Shown: positions 8,219 through 17,761 of the stretch, in pieces | Numbering within the stretch: the first letter of the stretch is position 1 | Layout of the letters: each line of letters opens with the position of its first letter | DNA from: Acidobacteriota bacterium | GTDB lineage: Bacteria > Acidobacteriota > UBA6911 > RPQK01 > JAJDTT01 | Length of the DNA: 64,000 nt | Direction of reading: 5' to 3' | Assembly (NCBI GenBank): GCA_965217775.1 | Contig: CBDCJH010000002.1 | Span: 5,856,001 to 5,920,000 of the forward strand | Translations under genes and position numbers: made by a program | The notes under the pieces: model-generated | What the model was told of the DNA's origin: nothing | The model's database searches: none | The model's input: the letters and a program-made list of their open reading frames with translations, nothing else

Positions 8219-9337
8219 TCAGCGTGTGAGTTCGTAGGTCCCCTTCAAATTCGTGTCATCCTGGAACAGTTCGATCCATTCACCCGAAACCAGATTCGAC
8301 TCGAATGAGAATTGGTCGTGTCCCATCGACATGGTCACCTCTTCTTTTTCTTTGAAGAAGGGGTCGTCGAGAATGGTGAAGGCAAGCCGCAGGTAGCCAT
8401 CCTCCAGTTCGCCGTTGACCAGGCTGAACTCAGGATCTTCGAAAGCCACGTCGTTAACTGCCGAGATCACCATGTAACCGCGAATGAACGAGCCCTCAGT
8501 CCAGAGGGCAAGTTCTCCCGTGGCGTAGGTTTCATCGACCTCAAGACGAACCGAATAGGTGACGGGGGCTGGGTCCAGTGGAAGACTTGAGAACTGTCCG
8601 CCTGAGAAGGTGAGGGCCGTCCCGAAGATGGGAAAGTCGGAAGCGATCTCGACCTTGCCTCCTGCCAGCGTCTGACCCGGAAAGTGCTCATGGAGGTATT
8701 TGGCCAAGTGAGAAAGTGGACCTAGTGTAATGATCTTCTTGGGCCCCAACGGGTCGCCGTCTCCCGAGAAGAGGGAGAGTTCGACCCTGGCCCTTTTCTC
8801 TCCGCTCAAGTCGCCGTTCGCGAGGGCGAGGGCGGTTTCCGTAAATTTCTCGAAGGGAATGGAAGCCCGGTAGAACTCCTTGGACGGGGCAATGCCCACG
8901 CTGTCGCTCACCTGGCCGTTTCTGAGCACGAGATAGGTTAGATTTGTCTCGATGAGATTTTCCAGCGATAGATCTTCGAAATTGTCTGGCGATAGATCTT
9001 CGGAGAGCAGGATGGCGGCCCCAGTCTCCAGTTGGGACCCGGTCAGTCGAAGCGTGACCGTGGCCTGCGGTTGGATTTCTACTCCGTATACCCCGTTTTC
9101 CACGGCGACGCCGTTGACCGCTGGGTTCCATACCACGCTCTCATAGTTCACGGTTCGGAACAGGACCAGCGTCCCGAAATAGGAGTGTGTTCCCCGGTTG
9201 GTGAGATTAATGGTCGTCTCGTATCCACCTCCCACCACGACTTGTCCAAACGCGGCGTCCTTCTTGGGGTAGAAGTTCTGCGCCGAGGCGACTGCCGTGA
9301 AGGCGAGCCAGACCAGTACGAATCGTTTTGTTTGCAT
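8219..9337 (-). CDS. Secreted beta-rich hypothetical protein
   Basis: GGAGG RBS, signal peptide MQTKRFVLVWLAFTAVASA, FGQVVVGGGYETTINLTN-type domain. Confidence 0.75.
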   Translation of the reverse strand: MQTKRFVLVWLAFTAVASAQNFYPKKDAAFGQVVVGGGYETTINLTNRGTHSYFGTLVLFRTVNYESVVWNPAVNGVAVENGVYGVEIQPQATVTLRLTGSQLETGAAILLSEDLSPDNFEDLSLENLIETNLTYLVLRNGQVSDSVGIAPSKEFYRASIPFEKFTETALALANGDLSGEKRARVELSLFSGDGDPLGPKKIITLGPLSHLAKYLHEHFPGQTLAGGKVEIASDFPIFGTALTFSGGQFSSLPLDPAPVTYSVRLEVDETYATGELALWTEGSFIRGYMVISAVNDVAFEDPEFSLVNGELEDGYLRLAFTILDDPFFKEKEEVTMSMGHDQFSFESNLVSGEWIELFQDDTNLKGTYELTR

Positions 9338-9413
9338 CTCTGTTCCTCCAGTCTTCACGCTGTTGTTGACGGAACCGGAGGAACAAAGGTTCGATTTCCT
9401 GTAAGGGAGACGA

Positions 9414-10460
9414 TCAATACCCGGCCACTTTGTCGACGACGTGCCGGAGGGGCCGTCCAGTGACAAACCGTTCAATGTTGTCCCGGATCAGATTGATGAG
9501 TCGTTCACCCGACCGGTCGGAGCGGGTCGCCACGTGGGGTGTGATGATGACGTTGTTCATTTTCCAAAGGGGATGGTCGGCGGGCAGCGGTTCCGGATCG
9601 GTGACGTCCAGACCGGCGGCCCGTACCTTGCCCGATCGCAGCGCCGCCACCAGCGCCTCGGTCTGGATCACCTTTCCCCGGGAAACGTTCACTACGTAAA
9701 CGCCCTCCTTCATGGCAGCGAACTCTTCGGCCCCCAGCATCCCTTCCGAAGCGGGCGTGTGGGGCACGCAGCTCACGACTACGTCGGCCTCCGGCAGAAA
9801 TCGGTGCAACTGGTCCGGCACCACCACTTCCTCCACGTTCCGGCTCAACGGGATGTCCTTGGGGTCGACGCCCAGCACTCGCATGCCGAACGCCGCGGCG
9901 CGTTGGGCCACCTGGGAACCGATACCGCCGAGTCCGATGATCAGCATGGTCTTGTGACGGAGTTCGATCATGGGCAGCCGGCCCGCCCCACGCTTCCAGG
10001 TTCCGCTTTCCATTTCCCGGTCGTACTGTTTCAGATTCCGGGTGAGCATGAGCAACAGGGCGAAGACATGGTCGGCGATCTCCGGCCCCATCATGATCTT
10101 GGCGTTGGTCAAGGTGATCTGGCTGTCCCTCAGTTCGGCCAAGTGGACGATCCTTTCCACCCCGGCGCTGGTGCTGTGCACCCATCTCAACTTCTTGCCG
10201 TGGCGCAAGATCTTCCGGCCCTTGTCACCATAGGGCAGGCCGATGATCGCATCGCAGTCGCCGATGACGTCGGCGAATTCACCGCGGCCGGGCGTCACCA
10301 ACTCCAGGTCGGGCAGTTTCTTCTCCAGGTCCGCCAATTGTTGCTTCTGGCCGGGCGAAACCAGGACCTTCACGGTCGATGCAAGCCCCAGGCTCTGGCT
10401 CTGGACGAATATCCAGAGCAAGCACCCGACCATCGTCTGAATTCCAAAAACGGGTTTCAT
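9414..10460 (-). CDS. D-2-hydroxyacid dehydrogenase with N-terminal signal-peptide-like extension
   Basis: GLGGIG Rossmann motif, VNVSRG, AGLDVTDPEPL, ITPHVA. Confidence 0.9.
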   Translation of the reverse strand: MKPVFGIQTMVGCLLWIFVQSQSLGLASTVKVLVSPGQKQQLADLEKKLPDLELVTPGRGEFADVIGDCDAIIGLPYGDKGRKILRHGKKLRWVHSTSAGVERIVHLAELRDSQITLTNAKIMMGPEIADHVFALLLMLTRNLKQYDREMESGTWKRGAGRLPMIELRHKTMLIIGLGGIGSQVAQRAAAFGMRVLGVDPKDIPLSRNVEEVVVPDQLHRFLPEADVVVSCVPHTPASEGMLGAEEFAAMKEGVYVVNVSRGKVIQTEALVAALRSGKVRAAGLDVTDPEPLPADHPLWKMNNVIITPHVATRSDRSGERLINLIRDNIERFVTGRPLRHVVDKVAGY

Positions 10461-10557
10461 AGCTGTCTCCTAGTTTGGATCAAGGTCAAAAACCGATGCC
10501 AAGTCGGGACACTGAAGATATTTTGAGGGATTATAAACTTGACTACACTCCGTTCCG

Positions 10558-11634
10558 TCATCTCCCCTCCAGGCACTTGAGAACGTCCAGCGGGTCCACT
10601 CCGCGATCCTTCAATTCCCATCCCAAATCGTAGAGGATCCCAAGAGTGACAGGTCCGGGCTCGTGGGTGGCGACACCAAGCGAAGACCAGGGAGTCATCA
10701 GTTCATTTGGGCTTCCTTCGGGGTAGGCATCTTCGTCCAGGTGAGATACTGAACTTCCAGATGAATACTCCTCCGGAGACCAGATCATCACGGGTCCCCC
10801 GTTAGCCTCCACACCCTTCAGATCAACCCCATGGAGCCCGCGGGCGTACTTCTTCCCCCACAACAGACGGTTTCCAGTGATGGCGTCGTGGAGTTCCGTT
10901 GATGGGTTTTCGAGTTCGTCTTCGTCGAGCCAACCGTGTTCTCGGGTTCTAAGGAAGAAGTCGAAATAGGTCATTTCATTCCCATCTTCAGAAGCCGAAT
11001 ACCCGGCCACATCTGTTCCATTATTCTCCTCGGTGAAATAGACAGAAGTGATACCGAGGCCATGGCCGATCTCGTGCAGGATCACCGAGATGAAATCGTA
11101 GGAGTCGCCATAGGGATCCCTATCCAGCCCGAAGTACCATTCCGCTGTATTGGACACAGTGATCTCCATGTCGACTTGCCCAGTGAACCAATCCTTGCCG
11201 TCCAGTTGATTCGCCAAGCTGGACGACCAACAAAGATTGTCCGTGTCGCATACAAAATATTCAGAAGCCTGAGCAAGAGGGCCTGGGTCATCTTCTTCCG
11301 AAAGATCTTCCCAGGACGCTTCTATCCTGATGGGAATGTTGATCAGCAGGGCGGAATCCCAAATGTTCACTGCGGCTTGAAAGGCGTCTCTCGCGTCTTC
11401 CGGAAAATCGCTGTCGTAGCTGATGATAAAATTCCGGTCGCGATAGGTGTCGAGGTAGAAGGACAACCCCTCAGGCTGCCGAGATCGCTTCTCCCGGCGC
11501 AACTGAATCTGTTGTATTTCCGTGAGAGTGGCTCCAGTGCAGACCGATTTGGTGCCCTCTGCCCTCATGACGTGATGAGTTTCTGTTTGAGGAATGGTCG
11601 TCGAAACGGCAAGAGCAAGTACCAGTAGCTTCAT
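10558..11634 (-). CDS. Secreted zinc metallopeptidase (metzincin-like)
   Basis: Signal peptide, HEIGHGLGI, distal SHLDE and ELMTP Met-turn. Confidence 0.8.
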   Translation of the reverse strand: MKLLVLALAVSTTIPQTETHHVMRAEGTKSVCTGATLTEIQQIQLRREKRSRQPEGLSFYLDTYRDRNFIISYDSDFPEDARDAFQAAVNIWDSALLINIPIRIEASWEDLSEEDDPGPLAQASEYFVCDTDNLCWSSSLANQLDGKDWFTGQVDMEITVSNTAEWYFGLDRDPYGDSYDFISVILHEIGHGLGITSVYFTEENNGTDVAGYSASEDGNEMTYFDFFLRTREHGWLDEDELENPSTELHDAITGNRLLWGKKYARGLHGVDLKGVEANGGPVMIWSPEEYSSGSSVSHLDEDAYPEGSPNELMTPWSSLGVATHEPGPVTLGILYDLGWELKDRGVDPLDVLKCLEGR

Positions 11635-12379
11635 TCCGACACCTCCCTGGAAATTTCACTCCATTGGCGGTCGCTCAATAACGACCCGGAGTAGAAGGCA
11701 AGGGCCCATTTGGAATTTCGCATGAGAAGACCTCCAGGAGAGAGGCCCTGGGTCAGAGGAGAAGCGAATTCGGGGATGGAGTACACTCCGTCCGGCCCGT
11801 CACCTTATCCAACCCCGGGCGGCGGTGTAGAGGCCGTTGAGTCTTGGTCGCACTCTCCGGTCTCGAAGATGGACGCGGGCAGCTATCCCCATTCCGAGGC
11901 GGTCCGCCTCCAAAACACCGCGCATTCTCACAGGTTGCCAGTGCCGGGTCAAGGGACCCGATATCATTGTCGTTAGTATGAGAAGTGTCCGGTCCATCAG
12001 AATCGGGGTTAGGATGAGCCTTTTTCCCCACGGAAAGGAGGCGAGGATGGAACCGTATCCGCCGCGCGCTGTACGGTGAAGTCGGCGCAAGCGGAAACGG
12101 CGTTTACTCCGGCCGACCGAATCGATCTGGATAAGATTCTCCCGTATCAGGAGTTCCGGGTGGTAACCGCGGATAATACGGTACCGGTGCCGGAATTTAG
12201 AGATCGAATCGCACCAGTTTCGCACCAGCTTGGCGAAGTGTCGGGTGTTGGTCTGCGAGCACTTGGACGAACGCTCGCGTCTGTACTAAGGGACCCATCG
12301 GCTGGGGTGCTGCGACGCGCAGGGCCGGCTGGTGCACGAGGCGGTGGCATGAGGGCGCGGGGGTTCGAGGCGCGTACAC

Positions 12380-12454
12380 CCTGGGAGAGGTCGGGTCACT
12401 CAAAGGGCCGTAGCGAAGCGAAGGAGGCGGTGCCTTGACCCGACCTCTCCCAGG
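12380..12454. repeat. REPIN-like inverted repeat
   Basis: CCTGGGAGAGGTCGGGTCA...TGACCCGACCTCTCCCAGG perfect 19-bp arms with a 37-nt spacer. Confidence 0.75.
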
Positions 12455-12674
12455 ATGTGAAGAGTAGTTATGGCCGAAAGTAAGCTCCCGGCCAGGACTG
12501 ACCGGAAGGGCAACCGATGGTCTCCAAGCAACACGACGATGGGGTCCAATTTTTGCCGACCGGACAGATCACCTGTCAAAAAACTGGACAACTTGACGTG
12601 CAAATGACAGCACAATCCCCATACTTTGCGACAGACTGGTCGGGAATCAAACCGGTAACGGAGGTGACAAAGCC

Positions 12675-13631
12675 ATGAAGAAGTGGACGCTACTGCTGGT
12701 ATTGACCGCATTTCCCCATCTGTCCGGCTCCGGGATCATCACCTCTTCGGAGGCGGCGGAGCCCCCGAAAAGGATCAACAAGGCCATCGAGCTGCTGGAG
12801 CGAGGGCAACCCATCTACTACACGGGAGGCCACGGCGGTTACGAGGAGGGGCGCAAGATGGCCCGGACCTGGGCCGACTACATCAACTACGAGATGGAGC
12901 ACGGATCATACGACGTGACTGCGCTCCGGAAGTTCATGCAGGGTCTGGTGGACGGTGGCCCCACGCCCAGCGGCCACCGGACGCCGGCCGTGATCTGCAC
13001 CCTGCCGGTGGGAGGGATCGACGAGGCCACCATGAAGGCCAATTACTGGATGGTTCAGCAGATCCTGGCCACCGGCGCCCACGGGATCCTGCTCTGCCAT
13101 GCCCGCACGCCCGGAGCGGTCCAGGTCCTGGTGCAGGCCGCCCGCTACCCCTTCCACCGCCAGCGTGTGGGAACCGGATTGGAGGAGGGTTTGAGAGGCA
13201 GCGGAGGCCAGGGTTTCGCGAGCCAGATCTGGGGTGTTGACGGGAACCGTTATCTCAAGGTCGCGGACCCCTGGCCTCTGAATCCCCAGGGGGAGATCCT
13301 CCTGGGCCTCAAGGTCGAAGACCGCCACGCTCTGATCAACGCCGAAGCGAGCGTGCAGGTGCCGGGTGTCGGATTCGCCGAGTGGGGGCCCAGCGACATG
13401 GGCTTCTCCTTGCGCTCCACGAAACTCCCGGGCGAGGAGCTGTCCACGCTGCTGCGGAAGGCCCGGCACCGGGTCTTCTCCGCCTGCAAGGCCGCCGGAG
13501 TCGCCTTTCTCAACGGGGTGCGTCCGGAAAACGTGGAAGCCATGATCGACGAAGGGGTCATGATCGGGTCCGGGGGGCAGGAAGCCGCTACGAAGGGCCG
13601 CAAGCACACCAAGCGGAAGATGCCCTGGTGA
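12675..13631 (+). CDS. HpcH/HpaI aldolase/citrate lyase family protein with signal peptide
   Basis: YEMEHG, QILATGAHGILL, LGLKVED, WGPSDMGFS; GGAGG RBS; MKKWTLLLVL N-terminus. Confidence 0.8.
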   Translation: MKKWTLLLVLTAFPHLSGSGIITSSEAAEPPKRINKAIELLERGQPIYYTGGHGGYEEGRKMARTWADYINYEMEHGSYDVTALRKFMQGLVDGGPTPSGHRTPAVICTLPVGGIDEATMKANYWMVQQILATGAHGILLCHARTPGAVQVLVQAARYPFHRQRVGTGLEEGLRGSGGQGFASQIWGVDGNRYLKVADPWPLNPQGEILLGLKVEDRHALINAEASVQVPGVGFAEWGPSDMGFSLRSTKLPGEELSTLLRKARHRVFSACKAAGVAFLNGVRPENVEAMIDEGVMIGSGGQEAATKGRKHTKRKMPW

Positions 13632-13670
13632 GTTTCGGACTCACGCGTCTTTGAGTCGACGCAAGTCCGG

Positions 13671-16352
13671 TCAGGCCTTCGCCGGGCCGGTCACAATCGG
13701 CTTGGCGACGACTTTCCCGCCGGAACGAGCCGTCGCGATCACCGTTTCCCCAGGTTCCACGTCGATGAGACTCGGGACGGGAAGCCTCCCGTCCGGGAGC
13801 GTTCGAGCGCCGCGTAACGGCCGTCCGTCCGTTCGAGACAGCAGCACGTCTGCGTTCGGGAGGAGACTGACGGGGGGCAGGGAACAGGAAGGGGTTCTCC
13901 CGGTGCGGGACGCGAGCTCACGGACATGGCCCCCGCCGCGGGGCCGTTCGCCCGGCGGGTCCACCAGGTTGCGCACCCGCAGACCGATGGCCGGGTCTTC
14001 CCCTCTCGGGTCGAACTCCATTTCCAGGAAATTCCAGTAGAACGGCCCGTCCAGCTTGCGCAGGTCCGGCGTGTCGTAGCTCTGATGGTAGAGCGCCGTG
14101 ACGGCCACGTCCCGTCCGTCGAAGTCGGTCATGCGCGGCCCGAAACCCTCCTTGACGCCCCGGCCTCCGCTGCGGCCGATGGGTCCGAAGGAACACTCGA
14201 AAACCCGGTGCTCCAGGCTCTGCAGGATCATGCCCGTATGCACGTCTCCGTAGACGGTGGTCACGCCGGTGCGGGAGCCGAGCAGCTCCAGCACACGATC
14301 CGCCCCCGCCGCGACCCATCCGGCGTAGTCTGCGGCGACCCGGTCGCGCTCGCCCAGACTGGTCTTGGCGTCGGACCGCCGCCCGTCCCCGGTCCAGATG
14401 GTGTGAAGGCCATTGATTCCGGTCAGGCAGATCAGAGGCGAGGAATCGGTGCGAATCGTCTCCCGCAACCAGGCGAACTGTTCCTCGCCCAGGAGACTGC
14501 GGGTGACGTCGGTCCTCGGGTAGAGGTTCTGCTTGGCGCCCCATCCCTGGTCATCCCAGATGTTCGTATCCTGGCTTGAGCGCCAAAGCCTGGAGTCGAG
14601 GATCAGGAGGCTGAAATCGCCGTCGGGCATCTTCCAGCGTCTCCATTTCTTGGGATTCGCGGTTCCGGAGGGCGCCTCGTCTCCCGTCACCAGGTGGTGG
14701 ACGATCTGAAAGTTGCGCCGCATGTAGTCCCGGTCCTGGCCGAGATCGCCGTGGGACCGGATCGCGATCTGTTCCGGACCCTTGACGTCGTCCATGCCGT
14801 AGTCGTGGTCGCCGGGATTGATGGTGTTCCAGTGGCGCATCATCTGCCAGCGCGTCGTCGGGCCGCAGAGCGTGGTGGTGACGATCTTGTACGCGTCGTC
14901 GGGGGACGGCGGGTACAGAAGGAGCTCCATGTACCAGACGTCGTCCTCCCACATCATGACCTGGAACCCGTAGTCCTCCAGGTGCCGGTAGGCGCCCGGC
15001 GTGGGCTGATCGTGAACGAAAAAGCCTCCACCCGGTCCCGCATCGGGCAGATTCGGTTGGCTCCCGCTGATGGCATGGCAGGAGAGGCCGCATAGACGGT
15101 AGGGGGCCGAGAGCCTGGGGAGCCTTCCAATGTATGAGCCACTTGCCGGAACCCCGCCGACCTGGCCGGTGCCGATGCCGACGGCGTCGCTGCCCAGTCT
15201 GGAATCCGCCGTCACATCGCGGCCGTCCTTCCAGACCGTGTAGTAGAGGTCGGTTTCCGCGGGATTCCGTGGCAGCGTGGCGTCGATCACGGCCGTGTTG
15301 CGCCGGAAGTCGTTGTTGACGATGGATGCGCGTCCCGCCACCGGAACCGACTTCCAGCCGCCGGCCGGATCCGGGTTGTCCGCGACTCGCACCTTCGCCC
15401 TCGTCCCGTCACCGCGGAACAGGGCAATGAAGCGCACGCGCCAGGCGCCGCCTTCCCGGTGCAGAGTGTCGCCCAGGGCGTAGCAGACGTGGCACTCGTT
15501 GATCCGCGGGTCGAGAGGCCGGTTGTCGCCGGGGTCGATGGCGTATTCGTCGATTTCGAAGTCCAGCAGGCCGCGCCCGGCGATCCCGGCGAAGCCCTGG
15601 AGGTGCTTGGCCCGATTCCGGTCCCGGAGCTGGATTTCGGCCATCCGGCCGCGCCCCTCGACTTCCAGCGACGCCGACACGGTCCCTCGATCGGTATCGT
15701 CGCCCGAAACAGCCACGACGATCCGAAAATGGTCCCCGGCCGACGGTTTCGGAACCCGCTTGACGGCGATGATCGTGTCCGAACCGTGCTCCCGGATTCC
15801 GAAGGTGCCATCGTCGGTCCAGGCCGCGATCCAAGCCGCTTTCCCGTCCGGGTCCGACATGCCGAAGGATTCGTACAGCGAGGCCGACCCGAAGGCGAGG
15901 CCAAGGAGGCCGTGTCCCGCCTGGTACATTCGCCAATTCGGATCGTCCTGACCCGATGGGCCGTGCGCAGGCGCGTGAACCCGGCCCGTCATTTCCAGCT
16001 TGTAGTTGCCGGCCAGACGCCAATGCCGGTGCCAGATCAGCCCCGGGGGAAGCGTGGGGTCGTAGTCGACCGGCATGGTGTGGCTCCCCAGCCGATCTCC
16101 GTGGGTCTCGTAGTGATAAGGGAATCCGGTGTTGCGGGCGCGGTCGCCGAGATTGTGGATTTTCCGCTGAAGGGCGTTGTTCCGGATGCTCCAAAAGCCG
16201 GGATTCAGGGTTTCCCAGTCGTCGCCGTGGTACAGGGAATCGGGCCGCCGGAAGGAGTTCGAGTGTGCCCGAGTTGTATTTGTGGAGACCGACGCCACCG
16301 CGGTCGCCGTCGCGGCCTGCAGGAACGTCCTGCGATTCATGGAGTTTTTCAT
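13671..16352 (-). CDS. Tat-exported PhoD-like metallophosphatase with large N-terminal extension
   Basis: NRRTFLQ Tat motif; DDVWY, GDHDY, LDSR, LLGEEQFAWL and GDVH motifs. Confidence 0.75.
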   Translation of the reverse strand: MKNSMNRRTFLQAATATAVASVSTNTTRAHSNSFRRPDSLYHGDDWETLNPGFWSIRNNALQRKIHNLGDRARNTGFPYHYETHGDRLGSHTMPVDYDPTLPPGLIWHRHWRLAGNYKLEMTGRVHAPAHGPSGQDDPNWRMYQAGHGLLGLAFGSASLYESFGMSDPDGKAAWIAAWTDDGTFGIREHGSDTIIAVKRVPKPSAGDHFRIVVAVSGDDTDRGTVSASLEVEGRGRMAEIQLRDRNRAKHLQGFAGIAGRGLLDFEIDEYAIDPGDNRPLDPRINECHVCYALGDTLHREGGAWRVRFIALFRGDGTRAKVRVADNPDPAGGWKSVPVAGRASIVNNDFRRNTAVIDATLPRNPAETDLYYTVWKDGRDVTADSRLGSDAVGIGTGQVGGVPASGSYIGRLPRLSAPYRLCGLSCHAISGSQPNLPDAGPGGGFFVHDQPTPGAYRHLEDYGFQVMMWEDDVWYMELLLYPPSPDDAYKIVTTTLCGPTTRWQMMRHWNTINPGDHDYGMDDVKGPEQIAIRSHGDLGQDRDYMRRNFQIVHHLVTGDEAPSGTANPKKWRRWKMPDGDFSLLILDSRLWRSSQDTNIWDDQGWGAKQNLYPRTDVTRSLLGEEQFAWLRETIRTDSSPLICLTGINGLHTIWTGDGRRSDAKTSLGERDRVAADYAGWVAAGADRVLELLGSRTGVTTVYGDVHTGMILQSLEHRVFECSFGPIGRSGGRGVKEGFGPRMTDFDGRDVAVTALYHQSYDTPDLRKLDGPFYWNFLEMEFDPRGEDPAIGLRVRNLVDPPGERPRGGGHVRELASRTGRTPSCSLPPVSLLPNADVLLSRTDGRPLRGARTLPDGRLPVPSLIDVEPGETVIATARSGGKVVAKPIVTGPAKA

Positions 16353-16445
16353 CGTCTGCCTATCCTACCAAGGGGGCCGCGAAGGGGCCTGGGGGATGGG
16401 ACGAATTTGGCGCCGGACGCGACCCTGGTCAGCCCTGAAACCGAT

Positions 16446-16997
16446 TCAGTTGTGGCACAGCTTGCAGGCTTGGTCGCGGCTCACGATTAGATGGTCCGCC
16501 ACAGTGGAGCCATGGGCGTTGTGGCATTGCCCGCAATTCCGCAGGACGTGGGGCGCGTGCTGGTGGGCCTCGGGGAAAGAGGCCTTGCTGTGACAGGCGA
16601 AGCAGCTTCCCTTGGAGCGGAATCGTCCCCGCCGGCTCACCGTGTGACATTGTTGGCAGCCGATGGCAAACGGGGGATGGAGGCGGAAGGGATCGAAGCC
16701 CTCGGGAGCTCCCTCTCCCACGAAAAAGCGGATCTCGCGGTGTCCGCCCTCCCAGACCAGGGCCAGCGAGTGCTCACCGGGAGCCGGGGTCAACTTGGCA
16801 TGGAAGACGTTGGGAAAGGGCTCGTGGGCGGGGAGGACCTGTCCGTCCAGCTCCAACCGGGCACCGGGGCCGGTGGCCGCGATGCTGATCTCTCCCTCGG
16901 GCAGAATCGATCGATGGGCCGGACGGACGATCTTTCCTTCTTCCCCGGCGGCGGAGGAGAAAAGACCGAGCGCTATGGCGGCAGCCAGGGTCCTCAC
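16446..16997 (-). CDS. Tetraheme c-type cytochrome with N-terminal Ig-like segment
   Basis: Signal peptide; CQQCH, CFACH, CGQCH, CKLCH. Confidence 0.85.
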   Translation of the reverse strand: MRTLAAAIALGLFSSAAGEEGKIVRPAHRSILPEGEISIAATGPGARLELDGQVLPAHEPFPNVFHAKLTPAPGEHSLALVWEGGHREIRFFVGEGAPEGFDPFRLHPPFAIGCQQCHTVSRRGRFRSKGSCFACHSKASFPEAHQHAPHVLRNCGQCHNAHGSTVADHLIVSRDQACKLCHN

Positions 16998-17761
16998 AAG
17001 TGGAGCCGGCAGATGTAACCCGAGTATCGGCTCTTCGTATCGACGGCGCCGGGACCGATGCCTGCGTCGGTGTAGTAGAAGACCCCCTGGTGGAGGGTCA
17101 TGCCATGGGGATCGGGGTCGGACCGGCTCAACTGGATGGCCTCCATGATGCGGCCGTCCTTGGCGTCCAGACGGTGGATCACGTAGTCATTGGAGAACAT
17201 GCACCAGATGGAGCCGTCGTCCCAGGCCAGGCCGTGGGCTCGCCCCAAGGTCACCGGGATGGAGTGACGGATGCGGAAATCGGGATCCACCTGGGTCAGG
17301 CTCTTGCTGCTCAGGGTGGTGATCCAGAGGGTGTTCTGGTTCCAGGTGAGGCCGTGCACCCCTCCTCCTCCGGGAATCGGATGCCGGGCCAGGGTCTGTC
17401 CGGTTTCAGGATCGACCTTCAGGATCCTGCCGGTCTTGGCGTCGGTCGGTCTCGGCTCTCGTCTGAGAGCGGGCCCGTTGGCCGCCATCCAGAGATACCC
17501 CCCGCCGTAAGCCATGCCGCTGGTGTTGGTGGACTCGGTGGGAACCGCCTGCAACACCTTTCCGGTCTTCCAGTCCAGGAGATAGGCCTTGTTGGTGAGC
17601 TGCTCACCGACCCAGAGGCCCTCGTTGGTGGCCTCCAGCGCGTTGGGATACTTGTCCGGAGAGGGCCACAGGGGCTCCACCCTGGGCTTTCGGACCGGAT
17701 AGTCCCGCGGCCCCAGCGCGGCCGCCGCCAGCAGTTCCAGAAACTCTCTGCGATAGAACAT
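16994..17761 (-). CDS. Tat-exported beta-propeller protein (glutaminyl cyclase/Vgb-like blades)
   Basis: MFYRREFLEL; repeats GMAYGGGYLW, GLTWNQNTLW, GLAWDDGSIW, GMTLHQGVFY; TGATG overlap with the upstream gene. Confidence 0.75.
   Translation of the reverse strand: MFYRREFLELLAAAALGPRDYPVRKPRVEPLWPSPDKYPNALEATNEGLWVGEQLTNKAYLLDWKTGKVLQAVPTESTNTSGMAYGGGYLWMAANGPALRREPRPTDAKTGRILKVDPETGQTLARHPIPGGGGVHGLTWNQNTLWITTLSSKSLTQVDPDFRIRHSIPVTLGRAHGLAWDDGSIWCMFSNDYVIHRLDAKDGRIMEAIQLSRSDPDPHGMTLHQGVFYYTDAGIGPGAVDTKSRYSGYICRLHL

Noticed and set aside
8960-9005. 24-nt duplication (EDLSPDNF/EDLSLENL) in the secreted protein
   Set aside because: Single small in-frame duplication, not informative
11900-11990. 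Possible SAM-I riboswitch (GGCAACC on the minus strand)
   Set aside because: Lacks the ATC..GAG P1/J1-2 core and GGTGC.AA pairing, and the downstream gene is unrelated; an Rfam scan would settle it
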